Made by a program: the position numbers and the translations under genes. A stretch of DNA of 59,874 nucleotides, counting the filler. It is 6 parts of 6 records of this genome, joined end to end, with 100 filler letters (N's around TTAATTAATTAA, not from the genome) between each part and the next. Parts side by side here need not be neighbours in the genome. Positions count along the whole stretch, not along the records: positions 1 to 12,679 come from SRR31156797_3814; 5 more parts are not named here. One strand, given 5' to 3'. The notes below the pieces were generated by a model, which saw only the letters and a program-made list of their open reading frames with translations, did no database searches and was not told where the DNA came from. This document shows positions 1 through 10,361 of the stretch, in pieces. How positions within the stretch are numbered: the stretch's first letter is position 1; each line of letters starts with the position of its first letter.

Positions 1-1
1 A

Positions 2-532
2 CATGAAGCAAAATTTGCAGATTCTACACTAAGACTTTTCTTCTTTTTATCAGGTGTTTTAGGTACTGTTATTGCAGGGACAGGATTGATTTTATGGATT
101 GAAAAAAGAAAAAAAAGAAATCTAAATAAAAAAAGCTTTGGCTTTTTTCTTGTTGAAAAATTAAACCTTGGAACTATTATGGGATTATTTATAGCAATTG
201 GAGTTTTCTTTATTGCAAATAGAGTAATTACTGTTGATGAAAATACAAGAAGAGCTACAGAGATAAACATCTTTTTTATAACTTGGCTTTTATCTTATAT
301 CTATGCATTTGCTAGAAACACTTCAAAAGCATGGAAAGAGCAATTACTTTTTGCAACTATTATTTTTGCACTACTTCCTTTTATCAATGCATTTACAGTA
401 TTTGATAGTTTTAGCCAAATATACAATAGAGACAATATATTTATATACTTTGATATTTTCTCATTTTTATTAGCAGGTGTGTTTATTCTTATTAGGTTTA
501 TATTATCTAGAATCGAAAGGAGAAAAGCATGA
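2..532 (+). CDS. PepSY-associated TM helix domain protein (C-terminal part, 5'-truncated)
   Basis: Frame is open from base 2: HEAKFADSTLRLFFFLSGVLGTVIAGTGLILWIEKR matches the PepSY_TM LHxxxF...R.LYF..G...TGL.LW pattern; several further TM helices. Confidence 0.75.
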   Translation, partial: HEAKFADSTLRLFFFLSGVLGTVIAGTGLILWIEKRKKRNLNKKSFGFFLVEKLNLGTIMGLFIAIGVFFIANRVITVDENTRRATEINIFFITWLLSYIYAFARNTSKAWKEQLLFATIIFALLPFINAFTVFDSFSQIYNRDNIFIYFDIFSFLLAGVFILIRFILSRIERRKA

Positions 533-846
533 TATTAATTGCTTCTTTTTTATTATATTTAGGAATGCTTGCATTCTCTTTCTCACTGGAAAAACACTAC
601 AAGCTTGTTTTTAAAGGAAGTATAAATAAGTATATAAAAGTTTTATCAAAACTTATTGGAACTTTCTTCTTAGCGATATCTTTATTTATTTTGATTAAAG
701 ATATAGGTATTTCACTTGGAATAACATATTGGATTGGAGCAATAAGTATTGTAGCGATGCTTATTGCATTTATATACACATATAAGCCAAATCTAATCAT
801 CAAGTTATCGGTTCTATTTTTAGCAATAACACTAATTTTAAATTAA
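529..846 (+). CDS. DUF3325-like small membrane protein
   Basis: 105 aa, 4 hydrophobic segments, L.YLG..AF.FS..KHY and G...W.G motifs; usual neighbour of PepSY_TM genes; ATGA overlap with upstream gene. Confidence 0.6.
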   Translation: MILIASFLLYLGMLAFSFSLEKHYKLVFKGSINKYIKVLSKLIGTFFLAISLFILIKDIGISLGITYWIGAISIVAMLIAFIYTYKPNLIIKLSVLFLAITLILN

Positions 847-858
847 AAAAGGGAAAAT

Positions 859-1671
859 ATGAAAATTACAAAATTATTACTAGCAAGTGCTATTACATCG
901 ACAAGTTTACTTGCACATGGACTTTGGCTTAACTCTTTTGAAGCAAATTCACATGGAGGAAAACTAGTTACAGTTGGTCTTGGAACAGGACATAATCCTA
1001 CAATTGAAGATTCAATCTCAAGCAGAGTAAATCTTGAATCTTTTAATTTAATAACTCCTTTAGGAGAAAAAATTGCATTAAAAAAACCTTCAAAAAAACC
1101 TGAAGAAGTTTTTAGCAAAGATAACCTAAATATCGTGGAGAGTAATCTTGCTATGCAAAAAATCTCTTTTAGTAAAAACTCTGAAGTGGGAACTTATACT
1201 ACTGAATTATCAACTGATAGCAAAACTTTTATTAGATATATTGATACAAAAAACAATGCAAAATTTTCAATTAAACCTAAAAATGAAATAAGAAATTTAA
1301 AAGAGATTATCTCAATAACTAAAAACACAATTTTTGCCAAAACATTTTTTGTAAATAAATCTTGGACAAAACCTAAAGCAGTAGGGCATAAACTTGAATT
1401 GATTCCAACAAATGATATCTCAAAACTACAAATTGGGGATACAATAACTTTTGAAGTTTTATATAAAGGTCAACCTTTAGAAAGTGGTTATGTTACTGCT
1501 AAAAGTGCATTAGCAAAAGGTGATAATGCTTTATTTGCAAGTATTAGAAAAGGTAAAGCTAAATTTGTTTTAACAAACTTTGGACAATGGCTATTTACAG
1601 TAAATAATAAAGTAGAGATAGACGAAGTTACAGTTTCAGATACTGCTACAGCCACAATCAATATAAAGTAG
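859..1671 (+). CDS. DUF4198 (NikM-like) periplasmic metal-uptake protein
   Basis: Signal peptide ending AH-GLWL, G.GH, GHKLELIP, F.VLYKGQPL and GQWL motifs. Confidence 0.75.
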   Translation: MKITKLLLASAITSTSLLAHGLWLNSFEANSHGGKLVTVGLGTGHNPTIEDSISSRVNLESFNLITPLGEKIALKKPSKKPEEVFSKDNLNIVESNLAMQKISFSKNSEVGTYTTELSTDSKTFIRYIDTKNNAKFSIKPKNEIRNLKEIISITKNTIFAKTFFVNKSWTKPKAVGHKLELIPTNDISKLQIGDTITFEVLYKGQPLESGYVTAKSALAKGDNALFASIRKGKAKFVLTNFGQWLFTVNNKVEIDEVTVSDTATATINIK

Positions 1672-1687
1672 GAAAATCCTACTTTAT
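1663..1687. terminator. Bidirectional intrinsic terminator between convergent genes
   Basis: Perfect 11-bp stem ATAAAGTAGGA-aaa-TCCTACTTTAT spanning the two stop codons. Confidence 0.7.
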
Positions 1688-2898
1688 TATTCATATCTTA
1701 AAGCATCAATTGGGTTTAACCTTGCAGCTTTTCTAGCAGGGAAATACCCAAAAACAACCCCAATCAATGTTGAAAATACAAATGATATCATAATGATTTT
1801 TGTATTTATGATAAATGGCAAATCCATCACATTAATACTTACATAACCTATTAAGACACCTAATAAAATTCCTATTATTCCACCAAGTGTAGATAATACT
1901 ATAGCTTCTACTAAGAATTGTAATAAAACTTCACTCTCCATTGCTCCAATTGCCAATCTTGTTCCTATTTCTCTTGTTCTTTCTGTTACAGAAACAAGCA
2001 TAATATTCATAATACCTATTCCTCCAACTAATAGAGAGATTGCTGCAATTGAACCTAAAAGGTAAGTTAACATTTTTGTTGTAGATGTCATTGTTGATAA
2101 TAAATCAGCCATATCTCTAATATGAAAGTTATTGTCTTCACCTGGATTTATTTCTCTTTTTTCTTGCATTAATAAAGTGATATCAGTTTTTGCATTTTCT
2201 ATATTTTTACTTTCATTTATTGAAACTAATATAGAATTAATATCTTTTGTTCCTTGAATTTTTCTTTGGAACATCTTCAAAGGAACAACAATAATTTCAT
2301 CCTGATCTCTTCCAAATGCTGCTGCTCCTTTTGATTCTAAAACTCCGATTACAGTACAACCAAAAGTTTTAAGTCTTATTTTTGAACCTACTGGATTTTG
2401 TCCATCGAATAATTGTTTTACAATTGTAGTTCCTAAAATACAAGCTGGTTTACCAAAACTTAATTCACTATCATCAAACTCTCTTCCACTAGTGATTGGC
2501 CAATCTTTTATTGTAAAGTAATCATTACTTGTTCCAACTACACTTGTTGAGTAACTTTTATTTGAATAAATTACATTCATAGTAGAACTATTTTCAGCTG
2601 CAACTGCTTTTACATTTTGAATTTGATTTTTAATAGCTTGAATATCTTCTTCTTTAAAAGGTCTAGCACTATTATCACTTCTTGGTTTTCCTCTTCTTTC
2701 TTGCCCTACTCTAATTGTTAGCATATTTGTACCAAGTTTTGAAATTCCTTGTTGAACATTTGCAGTTGTCCCATCTCCAATCATAACCATACCAATAACT
2801 GAAGCAACGCCGATTACAATTCCAAGTATTGTAAGAATAGATCTTAAAATATTCCTTCTTATCTCTTTTATAGCTATTAAAAAAGCATTTACTAACAT
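1687..2898 (-). CDS. MacB-family ABC transporter permease
   Basis: RS.LT.LGIVIGVASV; GGIGIMNIMLVSVTERTREIG; PARKAARLNPIDALRYE. Confidence 0.92.
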   Translation of the reverse strand: MLVNAFLIAIKEIRRNILRSILTILGIVIGVASVIGMVMIGDGTTANVQQGISKLGTNMLTIRVGQERRGKPRSDNSARPFKEEDIQAIKNQIQNVKAVAAENSSTMNVIYSNKSYSTSVVGTSNDYFTIKDWPITSGREFDDSELSFGKPACILGTTIVKQLFDGQNPVGSKIRLKTFGCTVIGVLESKGAAAFGRDQDEIIVVPLKMFQRKIQGTKDINSILVSINESKNIENAKTDITLLMQEKREINPGEDNNFHIRDMADLLSTMTSTTKMLTYLLGSIAAISLLVGGIGIMNIMLVSVTERTREIGTRLAIGAMESEVLLQFLVEAIVLSTLGGIIGILLGVLIGYVSINVMDLPFIINTKIIMISFVFSTLIGVVFGYFPARKAARLNPIDALRYE

Positions 2899-3596
2899 TA
2901 TTTAAATCCTTTTTTTAAACTATCTTCAATGTGACCATCTCTAAAATATATCACTCTATTTGCAAATTTTGCCATCTCTTCTTCATGGGTTACCATAATA
3001 ACTGTAATATTTGATTCCTCATTTAATTTTTTCAAAAGATTCATAATCTCAATACTTTTTATACTATCTAAATTTCCTGTAGGTTCATCCGCTAACAAAA
3101 CTAAAGGGTTACTAACAATTGCTCTTGCTATAGCAACTCTTTGTTGTTGTCCCCCTGAAAGTTCTGCAGGAGTATGATGAGCAACTGTTTCTAAACCAAC
3201 TTTTTTTAAAGCTTGAAAGGCTAACTCTTTTCTTTGTTTTGAGGGGATTTTTCTATATACTAAAGGAAGCTCTACATTCTCTAAAGCTGATGTTCTACCA
3301 AGTAGATTAAAACTTTGAAATACAAAACCTAAGTAATTTCTTCTTATTAAAGCCATTTGATTTCTATTAAGTTTTTCTACATTTATTCCATCAAATTTAT
3401 ATTCACCAGAACTTGGAAAATCTAAGCAGCCAATCATATTCATGGAAGTGGATTTACCACTCCCACTAGCTCCCATAATAGCTACAAACTCACCTTTTTC
3501 TATTGAAAAATTTACTTTATTTAGAGCATAAGTTTTAGCTTCACCTTTTCCATAGGTTTTAACAATATCCTTAAACTCTATAATTGAATCATTCAT
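2898..3596 (-). CDS. ABC transporter ATP-binding protein (MacB/LolD type)
   Basis: Walker A GASGSGKS, LSGGQQQRVAIARA, LADEPTGNLD. Confidence 0.95.
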   Translation of the reverse strand: MNDSIIEFKDIVKTYGKGEAKTYALNKVNFSIEKGEFVAIMGASGSGKSTSMNMIGCLDFPSSGEYKFDGINVEKLNRNQMALIRRNYLGFVFQSFNLLGRTSALENVELPLVYRKIPSKQRKELAFQALKKVGLETVAHHTPAELSGGQQQRVAIARAIVSNPLVLLADEPTGNLDSIKSIEIMNLLKKLNEESNITVIMVTHEEEMAKFANRVIYFRDGHIEDSLKKGFK

Positions 3597-4854
3597 TGTT
3601 ATTTCTTTGAGATATAATTATTTCACTTCCAAGTTCCAGTTGTTTTGACTCTACTGCTGTAAACTTACCATCTGTTTCTAAAACTTTTACTCCTACTCTT
3701 TTAGGTTCGTTGCTTTCTAAAATATATACCATTTTAAAGTTTGCTTTTGATAATTCTTTTGGTTTTCTGTCACCTTGTGGTCTACCACCTGGTCTACCTG
3801 AGAAATCAATACCTTTTCTCTCTTTTTCAAGTTTTACAGTTGGTTTAAATCTTAATGCACTATTTGGAACTAACATTACATCTTTTAACTGTTTTGTAAC
3901 GATTTTTGCAGATGCTGTCATCCCTGGTCGTAATAATAATTTTTCATTTTCTACCAAAACAACAGTTTCATAAGTTACCACACCACTCTCTTCAATTGGA
4001 TTTAACCTAACTTGTTTTATCTTCCCTTTAAAGATTTCATTTTGATAAGCATCAACTGTAAATGTCACATCTAACCCCTCAACAATATCAGCAACATCTG
4101 CTTCATCAATACTTACAATCAATTCCATTTTTGTTAAATCTTTTGCAACAGTAAAAAGAGTTGGTGTAGTTGTAGAAGCAGCAACTGTTTGTCCAACTTC
4201 TACAGCTCTATCTAAAACTATTCCATTAATAGATGATTTAACAATTGCTTTTCTTAAGTTATCTTCACTTGTTGTTAAATTAAACTGTGCTTGCTGTACT
4301 TGAGCAAGATTTGCTTCATATGATGCTTGCGCACTTTCATATGAAAACTTTGCATCATCTACATCATTTTGTGAAGGGTATTTACCATTTGATTTTTTAA
4401 ACATTTTAAGTGTTCTATCATAAACTGATTTTGAACTCTTTACATTTACTAATGACTCTTTTGAATTTGCTTTTGCTATTGCTAATGATGCTTTTGAACT
4501 GTCAACCTGAGCTTTTAGTTTTGTAGTATCAAGTTTAGCCATAACTTGCCCAACTTTAACCTCATCATTAAAATCTACATATATCTCTTTTATAGTTCCT
4601 GAAACCTCAATTCCTATATCGACACTATTTGTTGGTTCTAAATTTCCTGTTGCCATTACAGTTACTTGCAAATCACCATTTTTTACCTCTTGTGTATTAT
4701 ATGAGATTGAACTATTCGTAACTTGTTTTTTCATTACTAAAAAATAATATGTAGCCCCAAATACTACTATTAAAATTAAAACTATCCACACAAATTTCAT
4801 TTTTGAATTTGAGTTATTATGTGCTTGTAGTTGTTCTTTTATATTTGCATCCAT
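3589..4854 (-). CDS. MacA-like periplasmic adaptor (membrane fusion protein)
   Basis: N-terminal TM, ATGNLEP...VSG.I..IYVDFND.VK.GQ, coiled hairpin, LRPGMTA. Confidence 0.9.
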   Translation of the reverse strand: MDANIKEQLQAHNNSNSKMKFVWIVLILIVVFGATYYFLVMKKQVTNSSISYNTQEVKNGDLQVTVMATGNLEPTNSVDIGIEVSGTIKEIYVDFNDEVKVGQVMAKLDTTKLKAQVDSSKASLAIAKANSKESLVNVKSSKSVYDRTLKMFKKSNGKYPSQNDVDDAKFSYESAQASYEANLAQVQQAQFNLTTSEDNLRKAIVKSSINGIVLDRAVEVGQTVAASTTTPTLFTVAKDLTKMELIVSIDEADVADIVEGLDVTFTVDAYQNEIFKGKIKQVRLNPIEESGVVTYETVVLVENEKLLLRPGMTASAKIVTKQLKDVMLVPNSALRFKPTVKLEKERKGIDFSGRPGGRPQGDRKPKELSKANFKMVYILESNEPKRVGVKVLETDGKFTAVESKQLELGSEIIISQRNNNE

Positions 4855-6044
4855 TAATTAGCCTTTATTTTAAAATATAAGTTTGCATATTCTTGTTGAA
4901 TATTTATATCATTGATTTTCAAATCATATTGATTTATTTTTTTTGTATTTTTTAATATTTCTAAGTCATAGATTGAACTCATTCCTGCACCGCTTGAAGC
5001 TTCATTTACATTAATTAAGTCATCATATAATTTTATATTTTCTTCAATCGTTTGATTATATTTTTCATAGGTATCAATTCTTGTAATTGCTCCATCAAAA
5101 TTCATAGATAATTCTCTTTTCAAATCATTTAAAGTTATCTTCTCTTTTAATGCAGTTAACCTTGATTCTTCTAAAGTTGATTTTTTTGTAATATCAAAAA
5201 GAGGAATTGTTAAACTAAGTCCAATCGAACCTGATTGACTGTCACTACTGGTATTTTCTGTCAAATCGTCACTATCTGAGTGTGATAAACTAGTAGAAAT
5301 ATCTATACTAGGAAGATATGTTGTTTTTAACTTTTCATAAGAGGTTTTTTGTAACTTTACCAAAGAATCTTCATACATAATTTCTATATTATTTTTTAAA
5401 TAATTTTGTTTATCAATTTTGTTAAAATCAAATAGTTCTATCTCTTGGTATTTTATATCTGTATATTTTGAAAGTTCTATCTCTTGTTCTTTTAAAGAAT
5501 TCTTCAAATTTATAAGAGTTTTAATTTGTGCATTTTTTGTCATAATTGCATCATTTAACTCTGTTATATCAATGTCCCCTGCTTCATATTGAATTTTTTT
5601 TAAAATAACTTCAATATCTGCATTTTCTAATTGGTATCGTCCCTGTTGCACCTCTAAGTCGATTTTTGCAATTTCTAATACAACTTGGTAGATAGTAATT
5701 AATAAATCTCTATTATCATTTTCCCATGATAATAAATCCGACTCTAACTTGTCATTTGCATACTTGATAGTAAAATCTATCCCTCCAGATTTATATATAC
5801 TTTGTGAAAACCCTATTGATATACTTTTTGTCAATTTATCATTTTCATCACTAAAAGAATGACTTCTACTTAATGATGAACTTAAATCAATAGTTGAAAT
5901 CCATTCATTTTTAAGAGTTTTATACCTCTCGTTTAAAATCTGTTTTTCTACTTTTCTTAACTCTTTTTTATCTTCATTTAAAATGTGCAATTCATTTGCA
6001 TAAATAAGTGAACACAAAAAAGGTATAGCTAAAACCTTTTTCAA
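4854..6044 (-). CDS. TolC-family outer membrane efflux protein
   Basis: Signal peptide, YLPSIDIS...GLSLTIPLFD motif, first gene of the adaptor-ABC operon; TTG start with GGGAG upstream. Confidence 0.8.
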   Translation of the reverse strand: MKKVLAIPFLCSLIYANELHILNEDKKELRKVEKQILNERYKTLKNEWISTIDLSSSLSRSHSFSDENDKLTKSISIGFSQSIYKSGGIDFTIKYANDKLESDLLSWENDNRDLLITIYQVVLEIAKIDLEVQQGRYQLENADIEVILKKIQYEAGDIDITELNDAIMTKNAQIKTLINLKNSLKEQEIELSKYTDIKYQEIELFDFNKIDKQNYLKNNIEIMYEDSLVKLQKTSYEKLKTTYLPSIDISTSLSHSDSDDLTENTSSDSQSGSIGLSLTIPLFDITKKSTLEESRLTALKEKITLNDLKRELSMNFDGAITRIDTYEKYNQTIEENIKLYDDLINVNEASSGAGMSSIYDLEILKNTKKINQYDLKINDINIQQEYANLYFKIKAN

Positions 6045-6203
6045 TTAAACTCTCCCGCTAAATTTTAATTTTATAATTTTAGGTAACAAGTCTAAACATA
6101 TTTTAAATATAAGATTAACGTTATCTTAACAATAAGGATTTTAATAATTGTTATTAATATTTAGGGATATAATTGAGCTGTCTAAAAGACAACTCGTAAG
6201 AAT

Positions 6204-6581
6204 TTATTTAACAGTATTTATCAAAGATAAAAGAGTCTCTTCTATCTCTTTTGCAGTTTCTCTAAGCTCTTCGTTTACACTTGTTATTAAGTTAACTACA
6301 GAGTTCATTCCAATAAATACTTCTCCATTTTTAGCATAAACAGATATTTTGCATGGAAGGATTGTAGATGTTGTCATATCTTCTGTTAATAGTTTCTTTG
6401 CAAATCCAGGATTACATACATCTAAAACTTGACACTCCTCTTCAAAATCAAGCCCTTTGTTGTTTAGTGTTTCTTTTATATTATGAATATGTAAAACTCC
6501 AAATTTAAACTCTGAAGCTTTTTCTTGAATAGTTTTTACTACTTCATCAACACTTTTATTTGTTTTTTCTATATATTGCAT
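6204..6581 (-). CDS. DUF302 domain protein
   Basis: FGVL..H, VLDVCNP, LPCKISVY motifs. Confidence 0.85.
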   Translation of the reverse strand: MQYIEKTNKSVDEVVKTIQEKASEFKFGVLHIHNIKETLNNKGLDFEEECQVLDVCNPGFAKKLLTEDMTTSTILPCKISVYAKNGEVFIGMNSVVNLITSVNEELRETAKEIEETLLSLINTVK

Positions 6582-8227
6582 TAATCTTTCCTTTTAATTA
6601 TTTCATCTTCTATAAAATCTATTTTACAAAATTTTGTCTCTTCAACTAAAGCTTTTGCGACTAAATCATCTTCAACAATAACATGTTCAATATGAAGATT
6701 TTTCAGTTCCTCTTTCTCTTCAAACTTAGTAACTTTTACTATTGTTTTTGTATTTTTTGTTAAGTCATTTATTACTTCACAAACTAAGTGTACTTTTTCT
6801 GGATTGTCAATCGCAACAATTACTGCACAAGCTTGTTTTATTTTTACTGATTCTAAGATATGTTTATGTGCTGCATTTCCGAATATGATAGGTTCATCAT
6901 CCATATAACCCATCTCAAAATATTTTAGATTGTGTTCAACAATAACATATTCGTGACCATCAAGTCTTAAGTTGCTTGCAATCTCTTGTCCTAAATGTCC
7001 ATATCCAATAACTACAATATGACCTTTTGTATCTTTATCAATATTGTATGTATTTGGAAGACTTAGTGCATCATCAGGAACTAGTTTTCCTGCAAGAGTT
7101 GACATGTTTTTTAGTACTATTGGTGTTAATATCATTGAGATAACTATTGTTACAATTAAAATTTGCGAATAAGTTGAGTTTATCAAACTTGTACTTCTTG
7201 CTAATTCTAATATAGCTAAAGAAAACTCCCCAATTTGTACTAATGAAACTGCTGTTTTAAAAGCAACTCTTTTTGTATCATCGATTCTAACTATAAGATA
7301 AATAATCGCATATTTTAAAGCTAATAAAACTGGCAATAAAATCAATATAATCAAAATATTATCTTTGATTACAGTAAAATTAATTTGCATACCAACAGTT
7401 ATAAAAAACACACCTAAAAGAAGATTTCTAAAAGGTGTCAAGTCTGCTTCAACTTGGTGTTTGAACTTAGTCTCACTAATCATCATTCCTGCAACAAAAG
7501 CCCCAAGAGAATAAGTAAATCCAAAATAGTGCGCGATAACAGAAGAACCAACTGCTATAAGTAATACAGAAGCAACAAAAAGTTCATCTGATTCTGCTTT
7601 TGTTACATGTTCAAAAAATGGTTCAAGTAAATATTTTCCAACTAAATATAAAAGAGCCAACAAAATAAAAGCGGCTACACTTGTATGAAAAATCAGTTCA
7701 AATACATTTTTTTCTTCACCCGTTGTAAAAAAAGAAAGCATTAAAAGAATTGGAATAACTGCAATATCTTGCATAATCAAAATACCAAGAACTCTTTGTC
7801 CATGTCGTTTTTTTATCTCATTTGTTTCATTATATGTTTTTAAAACAATTGCAGTTGAAGATAAGGATAAAGCGGCACCAATTACTAAAGATGTTTTAAA
7901 ATCAAATCCTAAAACATACATACAAATAAGAACAACAAAAATTGTAGTTACAACTATTTGTAAAGAGCCTGTAAAAAACACCTCTTTTTTCATTCTTTTT
8001 AAATGCTCTATAGAAAACTCTAATCCAATTGTAAACATTAGAAAAACAACACCAAATTCAGCAATCTCTTTTAACTCATGATTGTTAACAGCATTGTGAA
8101 TATCAAACGCATAAGCAATTATTGTACCCGTAACAATATAACCAATAATTGTTGGTAAATGAAATTTTTTTAATACTATATTTACAATAATAGCTATAAA
8201 TAATGTCCAAACGATAATACCTAACAT
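6581..8227 (-). CDS. CPA2-family cation:proton antiporter (KefB/KefC-like) with KTN/RCK domain
   Basis: AEFGVVFLMFTIGLE, LSSTAIV, QDIAVIP, QIGEFS; C-terminal IGYGHLG Rossmann motif. Confidence 0.9.
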   Translation of the reverse strand: MLGIIVWTLFIAIIVNIVLKKFHLPTIIGYIVTGTIIAYAFDIHNAVNNHELKEIAEFGVVFLMFTIGLEFSIEHLKRMKKEVFFTGSLQIVVTTIFVVLICMYVLGFDFKTSLVIGAALSLSSTAIVLKTYNETNEIKKRHGQRVLGILIMQDIAVIPILLMLSFFTTGEEKNVFELIFHTSVAAFILLALLYLVGKYLLEPFFEHVTKAESDELFVASVLLIAVGSSVIAHYFGFTYSLGAFVAGMMISETKFKHQVEADLTPFRNLLLGVFFITVGMQINFTVIKDNILIILILLPVLLALKYAIIYLIVRIDDTKRVAFKTAVSLVQIGEFSLAILELARSTSLINSTYSQILIVTIVISMILTPIVLKNMSTLAGKLVPDDALSLPNTYNIDKDTKGHIVVIGYGHLGQEIASNLRLDGHEYVIVEHNLKYFEMGYMDDEPIIFGNAAHKHILESVKIKQACAVIVAIDNPEKVHLVCEVINDLTKNTKTIVKVTKFEEKEELKNLHIEHVIVEDDLVAKALVEETKFCKIDFIEDEIIKRKD

Positions 8228-8240
8228 CTAGTCCTCTATT

Positions 8241-10361
8241 TTAAATATAATGCATCTGCTTGTAACCCTTAATTCTTTTTTTATAAGCTGAGTTAAGCAT
8301 CGCATTTTTATAGTCTAATAAATCAATAGCTAAGCACTCTTGATTACCTCTTCCTATTCTTCCTAGGTACTGAACAAGTCTTCCATAATATGAAATTGGA
8401 GTTGCGAATATGATTGTATTTAGATGAGGGAAATCTATCCCTTCTCCAAAATAAGATGTTGTAGCCAAAATAAGACTTTTTTCACTAACCAACTTCATTT
8501 TTTCTTCTTGCTCTTTCTTTGAAAGGCTTCCATGAATAGATACAAAATCATACTTTTTATCACTCAAAATCTTTTCAAGGATATTTATATGTTCTATTCT
8601 ATCAGTTAAAAGTAAAATTTTCCTTTTTTTGTGATTTTCAATTTGCTCAATTATTAAATTATTTCTTTTTTCATCTCGTGAAAGGTCATTTATAAGTTCA
8701 GCATAGGTTTCCGAGTTACTTGTGAATTCTGTTCTTATTACATTTAGTTTGTTATTAAAAGTTTTTTGACTTTTGAATTCATAAGCAACTTTTCCCAACT
8801 GTTGAAATAAAATTGGTTGTAATCCATCTTTTCTATTTGGTGTTGCGCTAAGACCTAAAATATATCTTCCAAAAAAGTTTTTTACTATTTGTTCAAAAGT
8901 AACTGCTGGAATATGGTGACACTCATCTACAATTACAAAAGAGTATTCATTTATAACTTCAGGAGAGTTTTTCAAGCTTTGCATAGTTGCTACATCTATT
9001 TGACCGTTTAATTTATTTTTACCTTTTCCTAGATAACCAATATCTTTTTTGTTGTACCCAAAATAATCAACAAATCTTTCAATCCATTGAGATAAAAGCA
9101 TATTTTTATTTACTATAATCAAAGTTTTACAAGCTCTTACTTCAAACATCTTTGCACCAATAAGTGTTTTTCCGAAACCTGGAGGTGCAACGCATATAGA
9201 AAAATCATTTTTAACTATTTCATCTATTGCTTGTTGTTGTTCAGGTCTTAATTCAAAGTGAACTTTTTTTGTTTCAATCATTTCTAAATAGGTTTTGTTT
9301 TCCATTTTATAATTTACATTATAGTCTTTGAAAAACTCTTCAACAATATATATTAAACCTCTAGGCAGTTTTAAATATATCTCATCCTCTTCAAAGTTTT
9401 TGATTAGTTTTGGAGTATTAAAAAGTGGTTTTCTAAGACTCAATAAAACTTTTACTTGAGGATTATCAAAAGTAGCAAAACTTTTTAGTTTGTTTATAAA
9501 ACTTTTTGATAAGTTTTTTGTAGGAATATAGATAAAATCATAAAGTTTAACTTCTAGTTCAAACATTGGAATCTCTATATCTTCAAGCATTAGATTTGAA
9601 CTACTTACAGTTTCAAAATCTATATACTTATTTACTGTTTCAGTTGAAACTCTTTTTATCTGTTGCAACACATCCCATTGGTTTTTGAAAGTTTTTTTTG
9701 AATATGCATCAAAGAATATTGTTTTTTTCTCTTCTCTAAATTTTAGGTGCAATGGCAATTCTATAGGTTCTTCTAAACTTGCCTTTGTAGTAAAATCTCT
9801 ATTTGGAAAAACTTTTGCATTTATATTTGTTTTTCTTAATATATACTCAGCAAACTTTTTTGCATCTTTCGCAGGTAACTCTTCTTGGAAAAATATCCAC
9901 ATAAAAACAGAGTTGTAAGAGCTATACTCAAAAAGTGCATTTTGACTAAGTAGTGTAAATGTTTTTAAAAGTTTATCAATATCATCTATTAATATCTCAA
10001 TAACAATATATTTTACATTGTTTTGTTCATTTAGAAGATACGATGCAAGTTGTACTTGCCCTCGTAAATGTAGTTCAATCTCTTTATTGGTAATTGGAAG
10101 GAAGTCACTTCCTCTAAAAGTTCTAGTAACAGGATAAAAACTTTGCTTTAATCTATCTTTGCTAATCCATTTTTTAGCAAAAATATCTTCTCTTGCAATA
10201 AAAAGCTCTCTAAAAAGAGAGATTTTTTCATCTTTAGAAAGGTTGTGCTTTACAGTTTTTTCACTATAAGCTAACTCTTTTTCAAGTCTTTTTATCTCTT
10301 CTTCGATTTTATTTTTTTGAAAATAGAGTTCTTTAAGTCTTGCCCTATTTTCTTGAATCAT
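8241..10361 (-). CDS. SF2 (DEAD/DEAH, ResIII-like) helicase with N-terminal degenerate AEP-primase-like (TOTE-type) domain
   Basis: LRPEQ, APPGFGKT, DECH, SAT, GEGID, QYLGRIGR; N-terminus LFRELFIAREDIFAKKW...HLRG...WIFF...FPN.D...I.LPL. Confidence 0.85.
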   Translation of the reverse strand: MIQENRARLKELYFQKNKIEEEIKRLEKELAYSEKTVKHNLSKDEKISLFRELFIAREDIFAKKWISKDRLKQSFYPVTRTFRGSDFLPITNKEIELHLRGQVQLASYLLNEQNNVKYIVIEILIDDIDKLLKTFTLLSQNALFEYSSYNSVFMWIFFQEELPAKDAKKFAEYILRKTNINAKVFPNRDFTTKASLEEPIELPLHLKFREEKKTIFFDAYSKKTFKNQWDVLQQIKRVSTETVNKYIDFETVSSSNLMLEDIEIPMFELEVKLYDFIYIPTKNLSKSFINKLKSFATFDNPQVKVLLSLRKPLFNTPKLIKNFEEDEIYLKLPRGLIYIVEEFFKDYNVNYKMENKTYLEMIETKKVHFELRPEQQQAIDEIVKNDFSICVAPPGFGKTLIGAKMFEVRACKTLIIVNKNMLLSQWIERFVDYFGYNKKDIGYLGKGKNKLNGQIDVATMQSLKNSPEVINEYSFVIVDECHHIPAVTFEQIVKNFFGRYILGLSATPNRKDGLQPILFQQLGKVAYEFKSQKTFNNKLNVIRTEFTSNSETYAELINDLSRDEKRNNLIIEQIENHKKRKILLLTDRIEHINILEKILSDKKYDFVSIHGSLSKKEQEEKMKLVSEKSLILATTSYFGEGIDFPHLNTIIFATPISYYGRLVQYLGRIGRGNQECLAIDLLDYKNAMLNSAYKKRIKGYKQMHYI

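Noticed and set aside
2-1671. PepSY_TM-DUF3325-DUF4198 trio as a novel system
   Set aside because: Common accessory block of TonB-dependent metal-uptake loci; the upstream part is missing from the window
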